Assembly (NCBI GenBank): GCA_965153455.1
Contig: OZ234494.1
Span: 7,874,001 to 7,938,000 of the forward strand
Reading direction: 5' to 3'
Length of the DNA: 64,000 nt
Origin: Sphagnum compactum
Taxonomy: Eukaryota
A program made the position numbers and the translations under genes. The notes under the pieces were generated by a model that saw only the letters and a program-made list of their open reading frames with translations, did no database searches and had not been told where the DNA came from. This document shows, piece by piece, positions 38,940-53,600 of this stretch (its first letter is position 1; each line of letters begins with the position of its first letter).

Positions 38940-39303
38940 ACCCCTATGGAACCACGTAGTTTTTTCATTTGGTCCCACAATTTGAGGACCCTTCCATGGT
39001 TTTGGCCTTGTTACCCCTATGGAACCACGTAGTTTTTTCATTTGGTCCCACAATTTGAGGACCCTTCCATGGTTTTGGCCTTTTTACCCCTATGGAAGAA
39101 CCATGTAGTTTTTAATATAGTCCACAATTTGAGGACCCTTCCACAGTTTTGGCCGTGTTACCCCTATGGAACCATGTAGTTTTTTCATTTGGTCCCACAA
39201 TTTGACGATCGTTCCATAGTTTTGGCCTTGTTACCCCTATGGAACCATGTAGTTTTTCATTTGGTCCCATAATTTGAGGACCCTTCCATGGTTTTGGCCT
39301 CAT
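38940..39303. repeat. Minisatellite, 5 x 73-74 bp, high identity, preceded by (GA)n
   Basis: CCCCTATGGAA at 38941, 39014, 39087, 39161, 39234; unit ...TTTGGTCCCACAATTTGAGGACCCTTCCATGGTTTTGGCC. Confidence 0.95.
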
Positions 39304-40929
39304 TACTCAACTAATTTCTCCTTTTTAAAAAGTTATTTGTTTGAATTTTCCAATGTCAAAAATGACTCAAAATTCAATATGTATTGTATCTTAGGTCTAA
39401 AAATGATGAAAATAAACTCCATTAAACCTTACCCCTTGAGGGCTTACCGACACTACCACGCCCTAACTTAGTTTCATATGTTAGTTTTGATTTTATTGGA
39501 TTTTCAATGACAATATTGTTAAACTCTTGCATCCTAAACCTTTGGAAACCACCTCAAAGCACCTTTTACTCAATGTACAACAAGGGGCTCCGTGATTTGG
39601 GAGTTCTCAACACAACAAACAAAACAAAATACTTCACTTTAATTGATAGATTACTCTAAAATTGGAACTATGAGTTTTTTTGTGGGTAGGTCATTTTTTA
39701 GAGCTTCTTGGAAATTTTTTTTTGTTATAATTATTTCTGGTTTGAACTTGCTATGAGGGCCAAAGTTGTTGCCGATATATGGATTGTATCCCTAGTTATA
39801 TATTGTAATGCATTTTCAGGCTCAGCAGTAATTTTTTTTAAAAAATAAATGTCAATTTTTCTTTAAATTATTTGTTTGAAATGTCAAAAAATCAAGGAAA
39901 TTACAAAGGAGGGAAATACAAAAATTGGTGGAAACCTGGGAGCCAATCCACCATTGCAAAACATGCATTCAATAATTGACAACATTTTTGTATGTTGTAA
40001 TTTGGGGGAATATTATGTCTCCTCATATAACAAATGTTATAAAAGGTTTCATTATGTTATGGGTTTGTAGTTAAGAGAGCCTACCAAAGAAGCTACCTAT
40101 ATTTATTGCCAAAATCAGTTTTGAAAAAGTAAAATAAGTATTTGACACCCAATTGCTGAACTTGAAAATGTACTACAATATTCGTGTTATTTAAAAAATA
40201 ACCTTGCCTTTGGGGTTTTTTTCATTTCTATCCACAAAGGGAATAAACTTCATTGAAACTAGGTTTTAAATGGGTTTAAGATGTAGAAATGGTTTAGTAG
40301 CCAATTCATGAATTAGCTTTTTGTCCATAGTCTAATGGATAGAGTCTTGACTATTTCGGTTTGCTAGTCAATTGCTTAGTTCATTGTTCATGCATGATAC
40401 CTAAGTAGACTCCTTAGGTGACCGATAGATACATCAATACCGTGGTAATAAAAACTAAAAACGAGTGGTGCACTTGTACATTTGGTTGAACTTGGGTGTA
40501 CAATACAAATATGAGCATATCTATTGAAGGACATAATAATCAGGTATGACCACATTTGTAGGTATATCAAAGTGATATTCATATGGGGGTGGGTATGAAC
40601 TTAGGGATTGCGACATTGAAACTAGAACAACGTGATCTTATCTTTAACAATTGTGGTATTGTAATCGATGCCATTACCTTAGTCAAGCTTGTAGGTGGCA
40701 AGGACATAAGGAAGGAGCATGACAAGGGCATTAGGTTTAGGGTTTAGTGTGCCCATGCTGAAAAACTTTTCCTATTGTGGTTGTCTAAGATTGTGGCAAT
40801 CTTCTTGGGCTTTCAAAATTGTGTTTCCTTTGAATATCATTCGAGGGCATGTGTAGAAGGCAAATGGTTAATCATGTGTTGTGTGCATGACATGACATTG
40901 TATGAATCAAGTTCAAACACCATACATGA

Positions 40930-41128
40930 TACCATATCATTCCTTCTATATTTTTGGCTACCTACTTGAACCTCCTGTAGAAATCTGGCGATTTTTTTCC
41001 TAAATTTTGGTTTAATTAGTGGCTATTGAAAATTTCAAAAAGCACTTGATTTTAGCACTCTTGATTTTTTAACATAGAATTTTGGCTATATATATATATA
41101 GCCAGCAAAGAAAAAGAAGAAAGGCTGA
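40930..41128 (+). repeat. 3' part of the short dispersed repeat family also seen at 4120-4610 and 63197-63476
   Basis: TCCTTCTATATTTTTGGCTAC..GAAATCTGGCGATTTTT..GGCTATTGAAAAT..TTTTGGCTATATATATATATAGCCAGCAAAG. Confidence 0.75.
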
Positions 41129-42499
41129 TTCAGGCCCTTCACAAAAAGTGAATTGCAATCATGAAAGTCAAGGAGTCCATATTCATCCTTCAAAACGCCT
41201 TCCCATGGATGAGAAAGAAGCCCATTGCTATAAGGGCAACTTTAGGTGAGTAGACTAGAGCCAGCTCTTCTTTGGATGCTCTTGAGCTTTAGGGTTTAGG
41301 GTTTAGGGTAATCTTACATAGGCAATGAAGAAGTTAGAACTTTGGTGGCAGGTCTTAATGTAGATTCTGAAAACAAGGCCAAGTACAGCTCCAGTCTCCA
41401 AAATTCTGGGTATGTCAGATTCTCTACCAGTCTAGGCTAGTGCATATTGCACACCCAACTCAAGGAAACAAACTTATTTGGCCCCTCTCAAATTGAAAGA
41501 TGAAAAAACCCAAAAGTGGATGAAATTTTAAAAACTTATTTGGAGTAAAAAGACCAAATTGAAAGATGGAACAAGGGATGTGTCACACTATTATTGCCTT
41601 GCCATTTACATTGAAAAGTATCTTTAAGACAAAAGAAGAATTATGGAAATTCAAATATTTCACCATGCAAAAATGTAATCTTCAAAAACACCCTTTAAAA
41701 GAAACCAAATCCTTCAAGATATCATAAGTCTATAACAAATCTCAAGTTTCAACACAAGCCCAAAATATTATCTTTCAAAAGTTCTCATATAAAAATAGAC
41801 CTACTACTTGGGGGCCAAAATCCATTAAGCTACTATACTATATAATGAATTTAAACACAATACCCTTGCCTTGGTAGGCAAGGCCAAAAACCCAAAGTGG
41901 ATGAATTTGACTCCACTAGCCAGGTATATAATAGTGGGACATAAGTGTGATTTTATTCATCTTAATTAGTTCATGGGTGTGCGCTCATATTTTCTTACTT
42001 TTGAGACATAGTTGTAAGTGTGTTTTTGTTGGGTCAATTTTGTGATGTAGTCAAAGTGACCATCATCCATAGGAAGAATTAGTCAATTTTGACAAATAAT
42101 TGAAATATGAAAGTAAATAAATTTAAACATCCTTCAATAATTTTTGTCTACCTACTAGAACCAAACTAGATGGAAATCTTGTGATTCTTGAATATCTTTT
42201 TTTCGTTTATAAATTGACTAACACCTTTTTCACTAGACAGAAAAAAAATATTGAATAACTAGTTCAGTTTTCTTGCATGTGAAATGCGGATGGTTAGGAG
42301 ATTTAACAATGGTTATAAATGATCAAGAATGACACCTTTCATCTAGAAATGAATGTAAGATAATTTCTAAAAAGCAATGTTGGTAACTTTGTGTGAAACA
42401 AACTTCAAAATTTTCGTGGACAAAAAAGGTTAACCTGTAAGAGCCTAATCCTTTTCTACACCCAATTACTCTCTTGGAACACTTACTAAAAAAATCGGT

Positions 42500-43428
42500 T
42501 CAATTTACTAATCAAAATACCATAGTGCATTATCTAGTTTGGCATCATGTGCTAAATAATTAATTTTTTTCATAAACAAGTTTGGCAATATAAATGGTAA
42601 TTTCTGAGAATTTTGACCTCATATTATGCCAAATTAAAATTATTTTGACAATGATGATTGATCTTTGCATTTAATATCCATAAAAAAAAATCTCAATAGA
42701 AGAGTAACACCTAGTACTAGGTGATAATATCATAGCCTCATCACAATTCTTGGTTGCAAGCACTAGGGAATCCACATTATCCAACAACTTGAGTGGGTCA
42801 TAGTAGAATATTACAGCCACTGCTAAGCATAGGTAAGTAAGTGATTAATAAAATTTCTAGAAGCACTAAGTAATAAAAATAAATACAATAATAAACCCCA
42901 AATACAACCTACACAATTGTCTCGTGTTCTTAAATTTTTGGCTATTGATGGGTATATATAAAATTTCTTTAACTTTGGACAGTTTGAGCAATTAATTTCA
43001 AGGAATTTTAGTATTTAAAATATAATAATATAATTACTGCCAAACATGAAAAGGTTCTCCAGTAGTACAACGCGAGAACCCTGAGTTTGATCATAAACGG
43101 GGTGAGATTTTCAAAAAACCTGCAACAAAAAAAAAAACAGTACACTATCGTTCAAGAGCAGTGAAACTCAGAAGACCATCAATTTTTGTGGCGAACTTAA
43201 AGTTTCATCTTGTCTTTCCTTTTTCCTGAGCGCCTCGACTGCTGCTGCTATCTAAATTTCCACTGCTCTTGCCCGTACAACAACTACTAATGAATACTCA
43301 CGTACGTTGTGCATTAAATGCTGAGTTTCAGCATTTCATACCCAGATTTAATAAAATTTCCTTACTTTGCGAATACCACAAAAAGAGGGGTTTGGGGGTG
43401 AAAGGAGGCCCAAAGACAGACAGGGTGA
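42500..43428 (-). repeat. Uninterrupted copy (copy B) of the unclassified repeat that hosts the MULE
   Basis: Revcomp begins TCACCCTGTC..CACCCCCAAACCCCTC..ATGCTGAAACTCAGCAT.. and then contains the empty site TAGCAGCAGCAGTCGAGGCGCTCAGGAAAA. The distal part resembles 25450-25900 and 39820-40200; the distal boundary is approximate. Confidence 0.7.
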
Positions 43429-46400
43429 CGTTACGGATAACTCTAATATTCCAAACTGCTAATTGAAGTATGAGTTGGGATGTTTTACTACTACTTATGT
43501 TACAGGTGACCATGGAAGAGATTTGTGCTACAAGGAAGCATAGAGCCCCCCACCTCCAAAAAGAATGTAGTGGTACCATCCACGGCTCTTCTGGGAGAAG
43601 AAGTTGTTAGCAATGTTTGCTCATTACAGAGCCTGCCTGGTGTCAAAACACCTTCAATCCTAATGAGTGGATTCATTCCAAAGTCATGACAATCGCGGTA
43701 TTGGCAAGATGTACATTTGGCAAAAACACATTATCCCCCCATACGTAACTTACTTACTTCTCCAAAGAGTACATTACCAGCAGCTGCTTTACTTTCCACT
43801 TGTGTACAAGAAATTCATTTTTTTCATGCTGACTTTACAAATGGCACACTTGCATTTTAAAATAGGGTTGAGTGATGAGAAACTCCCCTTCCATTTTTGA
43901 GAATTCCATTTTGATGAGCTGTTTTGTAGGGAATCCAAAGGAACACTTAAAGACCTATCTAGGCTATGGGAAATTGAAAGGTTATTTTAAAAGTTACATG
44001 AAATTTACCAAAGGGTTCTTTGGGGATTATCAAATTTGCCTACATAGGGAGTTACATAAGGCCTACTTAGGAGACTACTTACTTAATGAAACACATAGGG
44101 GTTTATTTAAAGAATACTTAGGGGATTTTCAAAAAGGTTACCTAGCAAAACACCTAGGGGCTTATTTAGGTTATGGGATAGTTAGAGGGTTACATAAAAC
44201 CTAATTTTGAGATTAGTTAGGGATTTTTAAATTAAGGGATGCATAAAGATTGTTTAGGAGATTGTTTAACATTATTTCATAATATAGAAGGGGGTTACAG
44301 AAGGCCTACATAAGTAGGTGGGTAAATAAATATGTGTAATCGGTAAATAAATACCCCATGGGTAGGTAAATATAAATAATTGGCCCATGGGTGGATAGGT
44401 AGGTACCCTATCGGTAAGTTGGTAGGCAGCCCATAAGTTGGTAAGTAAGTAGCCTAGGGGTAGGTAAATGTTAGGCACAAAATTAACACCTTATTAACAC
44501 CTTTGCCTGAGTCAATCCCCTTTGCCCCTTAAAGAGCATCCAAGGGGTGTCATAATTTGGTAATCACCCTTTTAGCCTATTTTATCCCAACTCCAAGTAA
44601 CCCAATCACATTATATAACAAAACTTACCAGAAAAAATTATAGCTAGATCACCTAAAGTATCTCCGCCTTTATCTTCTACCTAAAATAACCTAATTAACC
44701 TAATGCATGGGTCTGGTATTTTGCCCAGTAGAAATCCCTCTCCACCCTTGTTGATTTTGACTTTCACCTGTCCTTGTTTGATCCAAACAACAACCTCATT
44801 TCTTATTCACATATTCCTTTTCCTCTTATTCAACTATAACCAATTTAAAACCTAAACAAGTGAATTACAACATGAACACAACATACACAAATAGAAATAA
44901 ACATTTTTCACATCAAACCTTCACACATAAAGGAAAAAGGGGGAATTACATTAGAGTTCTTAATTCCTAGTTGTTGATCTCTTATTCCAACCAAGCTCTT
45001 ACTCATACTGGATAAAATCATTCTCTTGCTTATAAGCAGCTCTATCTTTTCTTTCTTTCATTCTTTTTCTTGTTTTCACTTATTCTCCACTCCCAACCAC
45101 ACTAACAACCATTACCTACTCAAGCTCCTTGAAACCAGTTATCTTCTTACGTATTTCCCTTACTCCCACACAAAAGGCATACCTTATATTCCCACTTCTA
45201 GGTTAGACCCCTCTTCTTTCCTTCCTATATTTCTTTTTTATTCCTACTTGCTAGGCCTAGCATAGGTTCTTTGTACTTCTTCTTCCTTTCACCCTTGAAT
45301 GGGACCTCCCTTGAAAACCTCTTTTGAGTAATTGCCATCACCAACTAGTGATGCTTCCACCTCCATCTCCATTGTGCTGCTTACTTGGGCGCACTTGGAA
45401 AGCCCACCTGCTCATAATGCAGTAGCCTCCTCACATTGCTTTACCTCGTCATGATACATCCAACCCCCCATTAGTCCAAATCTTCCAATCCCCATCATCA
45501 CTCCTCACTCCCTCTTACACAATATTCGTCAATTAGGAAATGGAAGGGTGGTCAACAATGTTTTCCCCCCTTTAAGCTTTAAGAAGAATAAACGATTCCT
45601 TACAAACTATTCATCAATTAGGAAATGGACGAGTGGTCAACAATATTTTCCCCCTCCAAGCTTTAGAAAGAAGAAACAATTGTTATCTTGACCTAAACCT
45701 AATTCCTAGTACCTTCTTCAAAGTCACCTATGTCATATCCATACCTCCTTGTCCAGCAGACCTAGCCAACCTAGGTGAAGACATAATAATTTTGTTTTAA
45801 CCTAGTCTTATTATCCTACCACTCACCTTATCCTGACCAGGCCACCCGTCCCCTGTTTTGGATCAAATCAACCTACTACCTTATACCATGAACCTTGGAT
45901 TAACCCCAAAACTTCATCAGTCAACTTATTTATGCTTAATCAAAACTAGGTTAGGTTAATTGGGGCCCAACAATAAGTAGGCCCTAACCTAGGTAGCTAT
46001 CTATATCTTTTAATCTAAGTAGATTTTTATCTAATTGAAAAAGAACTATGGTAATCACTTTTGAGAATCCATCCCTAGTTTTGACAAATAATTCTCACTT
46101 TGATGGACTTATGGATAACTTGAAAGACAAAACGAATGAGCACAACAAGGCCCAAAACAAGGATTAGCTTAAGGACAACTTTACTATGTATCTAACCTTT
46201 GAAAACCATTGGATTTTGACCAAGCTTTTTCTTTCAATTTTGTGAGGTACATGGTTACCAATCATCCAGAAGAAGACTTAATTTAGCTGCAGGTCATAGA
46301 GGACATTTGGAATTTTTAGGATTCCTACATTGTATTGGTCACATGCTGGAACTTCTTGTCTAAATATGGCAATTTCAGCTTTTTTTGGGCCCTCAAAATA

Positions 46401-47450
46401 CGGTGACTTTGGGCATTATTTCAAGAATAAATCCTTTGTAGGATTGGCACTGCCTTTTCTTTGGTCACCAAATGGCAAATTTTTCCAAAAGCAAAAAAAA
46501 CATTAGTTAATTTTGACTTGGCAATGAGGCAGCAATTATACTCAGTTCTTTTCTTTTTTATTTTTCATTTTGTATAGGTTCTACATGTCATGACTTGAAG
46601 GTCATAACAAGTTGATCATATGATGACTCAAAGCCATATAGTTGTATAATTTGTTGGCTATATCACTATTGTGCAATGTAAATACATGGTGATATGAAAA
46701 AAATGTTGAACTTCAATGTAAGTTTCTTACCAAAAAAATTGTAATTAAGATTTTATTTTTGAAGTAGATGTGAAAACAATTCTGGAAGACCACTGAAATA
46801 TGAGCTCCTTCTTGTACATAGGTGGTCATATATACAAATCCCATGTCATTCTTTGAGAAGTACCATGTTGTTAAAAAAACCCCTTGATAATAACCATGGT
46901 TGATTAAAAAATGAATTTCAAAGTGAATTTTAGTATGCCAAGTCAACAAAAACCAATGCACAAAACAATTCTGTTCATTCTAAAGCTAGGTACTTATAAC
47001 AAGGTTTCTATTTGAAGAGTATCATCTTAACGGGGCCATGCCTCTAAGCAAGGCAAGGATGAGGATTACGCATTCACTTGGGTCTTCCACACCTTGACAC
47101 TAGAAGTAGCTTGAATCTTATGGATACAAAACAAGTGATAAGCAAGCAAGCCTCTTTAAAATACTTAGTAAGTTTAAACTAGCTTAAAAGATTAAATACT
47201 TTGGACTTAAGTAGGCAAGGGCAATCAAATGATTTGATAATCCACTTATTTCAAAGATCCAGCCCCATGTACTACAGCTCATTCTATTGTATCCTTGTGC
47301 AATTTTAGCTTAATTATGTTTTTAATCTTTTTTTTGTTAATTAATAAAAAATGTTATGTATTTGAAGTGAAATTAGATTTAAAATCAAGTGAAAAAAAAT
47401 AAAATTGTATGGAACTTGTTTTTTATTTTTAGTAGTTAGAGGATCTCTAA

Positions 47451-47670
47451 TGGTGCTCAGTATGTGACCCCCTGCAAATGAAAATTGGATCAAGAAAAGT
47501 CAAAACATGCCAGTTTAGCTCAGCAAAATGGTTTTGGCCTAGCATTTTTGCATGGTTCGCTCAGGCACATCAAAGGGACAGCAAGGCCGAAGACCTGCTG
47601 TTGATTGCCTAGATAGTTTGATTGGTCTAGGTGGGTTGCTATTACTAGTCTCCCAACTGTTTGCAGTGCC
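47451..47670. repeat. Truncated copy of the MITE-like element at 59955-60392 (opposite orientation)
   Basis: TATGTGAC..AAAATTGGATCAAGAAAAGTCAAA and TGATTGGTCTAGGTGGGTTGCTATTACTAGTCTCCCA match the revcomp of 60340-60390 and 60046-60094. Confidence 0.75.
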
Positions 47671-50600
47671 TGTTTAAGTCTTATGGGTAGGGTTTGGAAA
47701 AAAGAGAATAACTAGACTTGGATGTGAGAAATTCTCATTGGAACTGGTTAGAATTTTTTTTCCTTCTCCATTGGTGAAAAAGTATGCATTCTATACACCT
47801 GACAACGCCCCTGTACACACCGTGAGGGATGGATGATGGATGGACAGAAAACACTTTTCCATTGGGTTCCCAAGAGGGTTAATCTCAGTTCCCATTTATG
47901 CAGCCTATCTACTAACAACCCACTAACCCTTACCTATATACTAAACACCTATATTCATCTAGTTATTTAGTAACCACCTATTATCTTACCTACCCACAGG
48001 GCCTATCTTTTATAGGGTAACCTAAGGATAGGTCACCAAGGTGAAACCTGAACATCAACTCAATTTGGGTTCATTTGCAATTGACTCATACTTACTTTTA
48101 GGGTATAGTCTACATATGGTTGTTTTTATTCATACACTTGTGATAATTGACTATTAGTTGATTATGTTGCCCATGTGGTAGTTTACTTATTTTCCAAGTA
48201 GATTGTAATTAAACTACACATACATTCTGAACAAAATGTAGATTTCATTCATTATAGCTAACCATAGTTTGTCACTTTGAAGCCAATGTTAAAAGTAGGT
48301 GGTAGGGTTATTGTGTTCATATTTGGACATAATGTTATGATCATCTTCCTCACCCTAAACACTTACACACCATGGCTCCAAGTTACTCAACAACAATGTT
48401 CCATTAAGGCTATGACAACTGAATTGGGAGGTCGTGGATCTCGAAAAGCTAATTGAACCAAACCATCGAGATTGTATTCAATTGAAGCAAATATCAAATG
48501 AAAGGAGTTTTGATGATTACAACATCACAAAAGTGGGAAAATGTTTAAACATTATTATAGGTTGTGTTTTTTTTATGACTTTCTTTTCGTTAAGTAGACA
48601 TGTTGACTATACATCCAAAAATGACCAATTGCTTACAACATGTAAATTAGACATTTGATTAGCAATTCAATCAATCGAACATGACATAATGTTTAATTAT
48701 GTCTACCTTGTCACATTCGTTTTGATTAAAAACTAGTAAGTAGGTAAATGGTCAATATTTTGATACACCTACTTATTTCATACCTACATGCTAACAACCC
48801 AAACCTACTTACATGCCTAACCATTACTTACCAACCCCAAACCTACATATCACTAACCTACCTGCTTACAACCTACCAAGTTTACCTGTTCACATACTTA
48901 CATGTTATTAGGTGGAACTATGGTTAGGAGGATTATTTGGACTCTCACAATCATAGTTTTTTTGGATTGTCTATGAATTTAAAATGTAAAGTCATATTTA
49001 ATACGAACATTATCAAAATTTTAATTATCCATGTTGGAATAGACTTTAGTGGAAATCATATTTAAAATTATGGATGAATTATAAGAAAATAATGGATTCA
49101 TAATCGACCTTTGAAATGATGACATTAAGTTTTTCATGCAAATAAAATGAAATATACAATTCAAAAATTATGCCACAATAATATAAAAATAAAAATTGAA
49201 AAATAGACCACCATCAAATGAGGAATTTTCAAATAGCATGCATTGAAACATTGTCAATGTTTTTTAATTTAAAAAAAATTAAATGTAATGATTTTTTTCA
49301 TTTACAATCTTTTTTTTCATATTGAAATATTCAAATTTTCATATCAAATTTTTAACTAATCATATGTTTAATGATATCTAAGAGGTGGTTTATGAATATT
49401 TTTTATTAAAAAACATAAGGGATAATTATAGTATTATAGTTTGATAATTATTATAATTGTAAAAAAATTAGTTCATGTAAAATATAAAATTACAAAATAT
49501 CAAAAGTGAATCATTTAACCATGATTTTGCTCTACTAATTTTGAACTTTCATATCACCAATCTATCTATAACTTACCTATATGCATATCTACCTACTTAC
49601 AACTTACCTACCTTACCATTTCCTTGCTTATTGACAAGGTACATACCTATTCACCTACTTCCCTCCCTATGTGACTATTAAAATTTTTGGGGTATAATTA
49701 AATGAAAAAATGTAAAGAATCATCCATGTTATTGCTTGCATACATTATTAATTTCATACTAGTTACATACATGACAATGAGATTGACAAGGTGGGGTGGG
49801 GGGGCGGGGGGGGGCGGGGGGGAGTAACACATTTACATGCCTAGGCACATCAAAATTTCTAAATAACATGAAAAATGATTTAAATCTAATAAATGTCACG
49901 AATTGCAAATCACATTGCATCTTAAATGATATATATTAGTTTTTATACAATGTGTAAGTGGATATCGTATAACATGGTAGTGTTCAATATGATTAAATTA
50001 AAAAAACAACTCAATAATATTGAATGTACCCACCTTGGGAGGGGGGGGGGATAAATTTTATACCCTTAAATGTTTTTGGACAAATAGTTTAATCACATAT
50101 GCTCTTGTAATCACCATGCTAGGGGCACAAAAGACATGTTTTGTAGTAGTGTAAAAAGTGTGATGTGCTTATGCATTTTTATGGCAAACCACAATCCAAA
50201 ATCATGTGATGAAAACTAGACTGTGTTGCACAATAAACTCAAGAAAAATAGGATGTCATATCAAGATATGTTTGTGGTTGGAATGTGATAAACCACACTT
50301 GTCAAAGTAGTTTGTCCAAGAATTGTACCCCAACATCAAATCATTCAAAAGTGATGATTGATTTATCATTACAAGTGCACAAGAACTTGCAATGTGACAT
50401 TTACACAACTTGGGTATAATAAGTAAAGACAAGATGATTCAACATATTTAAATGCAAATTGTTCAAGTGTTTTGAAATAGGTCTAAGACAATGTGCCATG
50501 CCTTCATTTCATAGAATAATAATTCCATTAACAACAACATCAATCTACAATAGTGCACAGACATTAAATTACAATAATGATTGGCTTGCCAAAGATTCAT

Positions 50601-53600
50601 TTAATGTAATGTAAATGATAGATTTTTTCTAGGTTTAGTTTTACATACTTTATGTTCATTGGTAGATGATTTATAATACATTACAAACAATCTCCAATTA
50701 AAACAAATGCACATACGTGGTTGACTAAAGGGTCATAAACAAAATTCATTGATTTATTGTAACTAAAATCAAAATTGTGTTGAATCAATATATTATAACT
50801 TTATTTGAATTTGGGTGAAAGCACATTGTAGTGACCCCCTTTTGGGCACTTTTGGGTCTAGTATTATAATACATAAAATATAATTATTTTAAAAATATGG
50901 TACAAATTTTGAGTATCAAATTTGGTTTTTGGGCCTTATAATTATTATTTTTATAAAATCAATGTTATGTAATATTATTTTTAAAATAATAATAAATTTC
51001 ATTATCTATATTGAAGGATCCATGGGTGTATAATTTACATTGGTATAATAGGGCCATTGTTTTGTTTTGATTGCATTAACTTTAAAGTTTCATTAGTCAT
51101 TAAATAATCAATTTTAATGAAATAAAAAAATGGCCCATTTAGATATGCTTGTCATCTTCCATGTGAATGTGATTATTTGTCATATTTTTAATTTACCACA
51201 CATTCGTCGGATATTTGTTGAAAAAAATAATTTTTTGGGATGAAAATTTTCAATTTAGTCACATGGTATCCAAAACATGTGCAAATTATGTGAAATGACA
51301 TGGTTCAATATACCTTCAACTTTCATAAAAAATAAAAATCATTTAAATTATTTTAAAAGTATATTTGTGTTTTTGAATAAACATCTACATTACATTTGTT
51401 TTCACAAATATACTCCAATCTCCCACTTTATAAAAAGATTGACATAATTATTTTAAAATATCTTTCCTAGGTTATATTTTAACATAATATGCAAAACTAT
51501 TATGAGATTCTTTCAAAAGTTTGAGGTGGCATAGATTCAAACATGCACACCCCTGAAAAGTAGTACAATGCGACACCCTAAAGGGGTCATTGTAATATGC
51601 TTTCATCCATTTGTTGATGCGTGTCTTGTGTTCACTTGTTTATAGGAACTTAACATTCAAAATTCCTTGTTAGTTGTTATCCTTGAATTTTTCCAAAAAC
51701 TTCAAGTTGTTCTCTTTTATTCAATACTAGCATAGTTGATAGGCATGTTTTAACTTGAACATAAACTAGCACTTCACCTTGAAATTCCTAATTTTCACAA
51801 TCCAATTGAGAAATAATTAGGTGATAAAATCAACATTATGACCTTTTAAAATTATACAATGCAATTTTTAGCAACAAGTAATGACATAAAACAAGAAAGT
51901 ATATTTGTAAAGTTTATATTGAGCAACTCCTAAAATGTTTTCTTCAACACCCCTAAGGTGTTTTTGACTATATATTTTCCCCTTATTATAATGTATGTTA
52001 AAGTTTTTATAATACAATGTAACCTTGTGAAGATTATTTAAATGACGCCATTAACCAAGTTAGAGCATCACCAACTATTCATGTTATATATAGGACCATT
52101 AACATGCAAACACAAGAGAAAAGTGGAGCTAAAATCAATCTCAACAAGACTCGAAATCACCTTAAGATATTTTGGCCTTACCATCAATCCTTTTGAATTT
52201 TGAAAGTAAATGTGGTTTGTCACACTTTGTATTTTCTTTCGAAATAAAAGTCAATGTTGGACATGATTAATTTGGCCACCCAATCTATCAAAAAATGAAA
52301 CTAAGGAAGGGCAAAAACTTCAACTAAGAGGATGAGAGGCTAAATTATGTTGGATTTCTTTCGTGTCTCACCAAACACCAACACTACCAAATTTCAATTT
52401 CATTCATTGTTATTTTATGACTATCTAGGATGTGCCCATTGTTAAGTTGGGGATATTGATTTTTTAAAAAACAATGCCCATGAGGTGATGAATTGAAATG
52501 TTTGTAACAATCTTTAAGACAAACCAATATAGTGAATTAAAGGTGGTTGACATCAAGGTTGGAACCAAAAAAAAATGGAAAATGAAAATGGTAGCAATGT
52601 TTGTGAATGCACCAAGGTTTCAATATGTTAAGTAATTAGGTGGGTGCTAAGTGATGAAGGTTGCATAGCCAACATGAAGGCAAGATGCTACCCAATTTGA
52701 GCTCAAGTTGTTGTCACAATTGAAGTTACTTTAGTTACTTGTGAAAAATTTGACATTCTCTACAACTAAATGGCATTGTTTTTTTCACCATGTTACCATA
52801 GTTGATAGCCATTGACAATTCATGCAATTGCATTGCAACATTTGATGATAATTAAAAAAGCTTTGGCATTGATTTGATGTTATAAACACTCTTGGAAAAT
52901 TGTGAACACTAGTACCCGCTTGCACCAATTTGTTTGCGATGTCACTTCCCATTCACAACAAGTCCATTGCCCAACCACAAACAACACTAACTTTTTCATT
53001 AATCCCATAAAGTGGTCATTCATTTGAAGACATTAGGGTTTATTTTAAAGTTCAAATGTGTCATTAATCATTCCATTTGGTTTTCAAATTGTCATTTGAA
53101 TTGATAATAAGATGCCATTTCAAAGGCAAAGTTGATTCATGCAACCATGTGCTTGAATTGGGAGCTTAATTTGAAGTTGTAATAAACTCTTGGGGTTGAG
53201 GGATTTAGAAGCTACCAAAGTGTAATAAGATGTTCATATTATTACCACAAAATGTCATCTATGTTATTTCGTAACACAATGCAATGAAGGAAGCATGAAG
53301 GAATAAGGTTTTTCCTTCCTAAAAATCCTCATGGATTTCATTAAATGCTAATTATAGTTAAATTCATTTTGGTTCAACATGCAATCATGCATTTGCAAGA
53401 TTGCTACAAGACATTACTACAAGATTTGCAAACAAAATAAAACAAAACACTAATTGAAAATAGTTGTTCAACATTTCATGATTGTTGTTGGCACTTAGAC
53501 ATAAAGATTGTCATTGCACATGGATGGAGTTGGTGGGCTATAGCAAGGGAGATGATGGTGGTAGGGTCCAATGTTCGTGATGACAATATGGAATGCAACA

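Noticed and set aside
38940-39303. CRISPR-like arrays (here and at 5022-5610, 27060-28170, 56618-56745)
   Set aside because: Whole units repeat without unique spacers, no cas genes are present, and the context is eukaryotic with introns.
26074-43428. 125-bp inverted repeats 17 kb apart as TIRs of one giant transposon
   Set aside because: No TSD at the outer ends, and the homology continues inward as two oppositely oriented copies of one dispersed repeat.
43500-43800. Exon-like GC-richer segment after TTACAG (also 41130-41460 and 62065-62200)
   Set aside because: Short, interrupted by stops, and no family recognised in the frames I translated.
43880-46000. Possible decayed LTR retrotransposon (GGGGTGTCATAATTTGGTAATCA at ~44543 as an LTR-PBS junction, Pro-rich downstream)
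   Set aside because: No second LTR, no clear PBS match and no gag/pol motifs recognised.
50139-50151. TTTTGTAGTAGTG, a possible CACTA right end
   Set aside because: No matching left TIR was found, so an element cannot be delimited.
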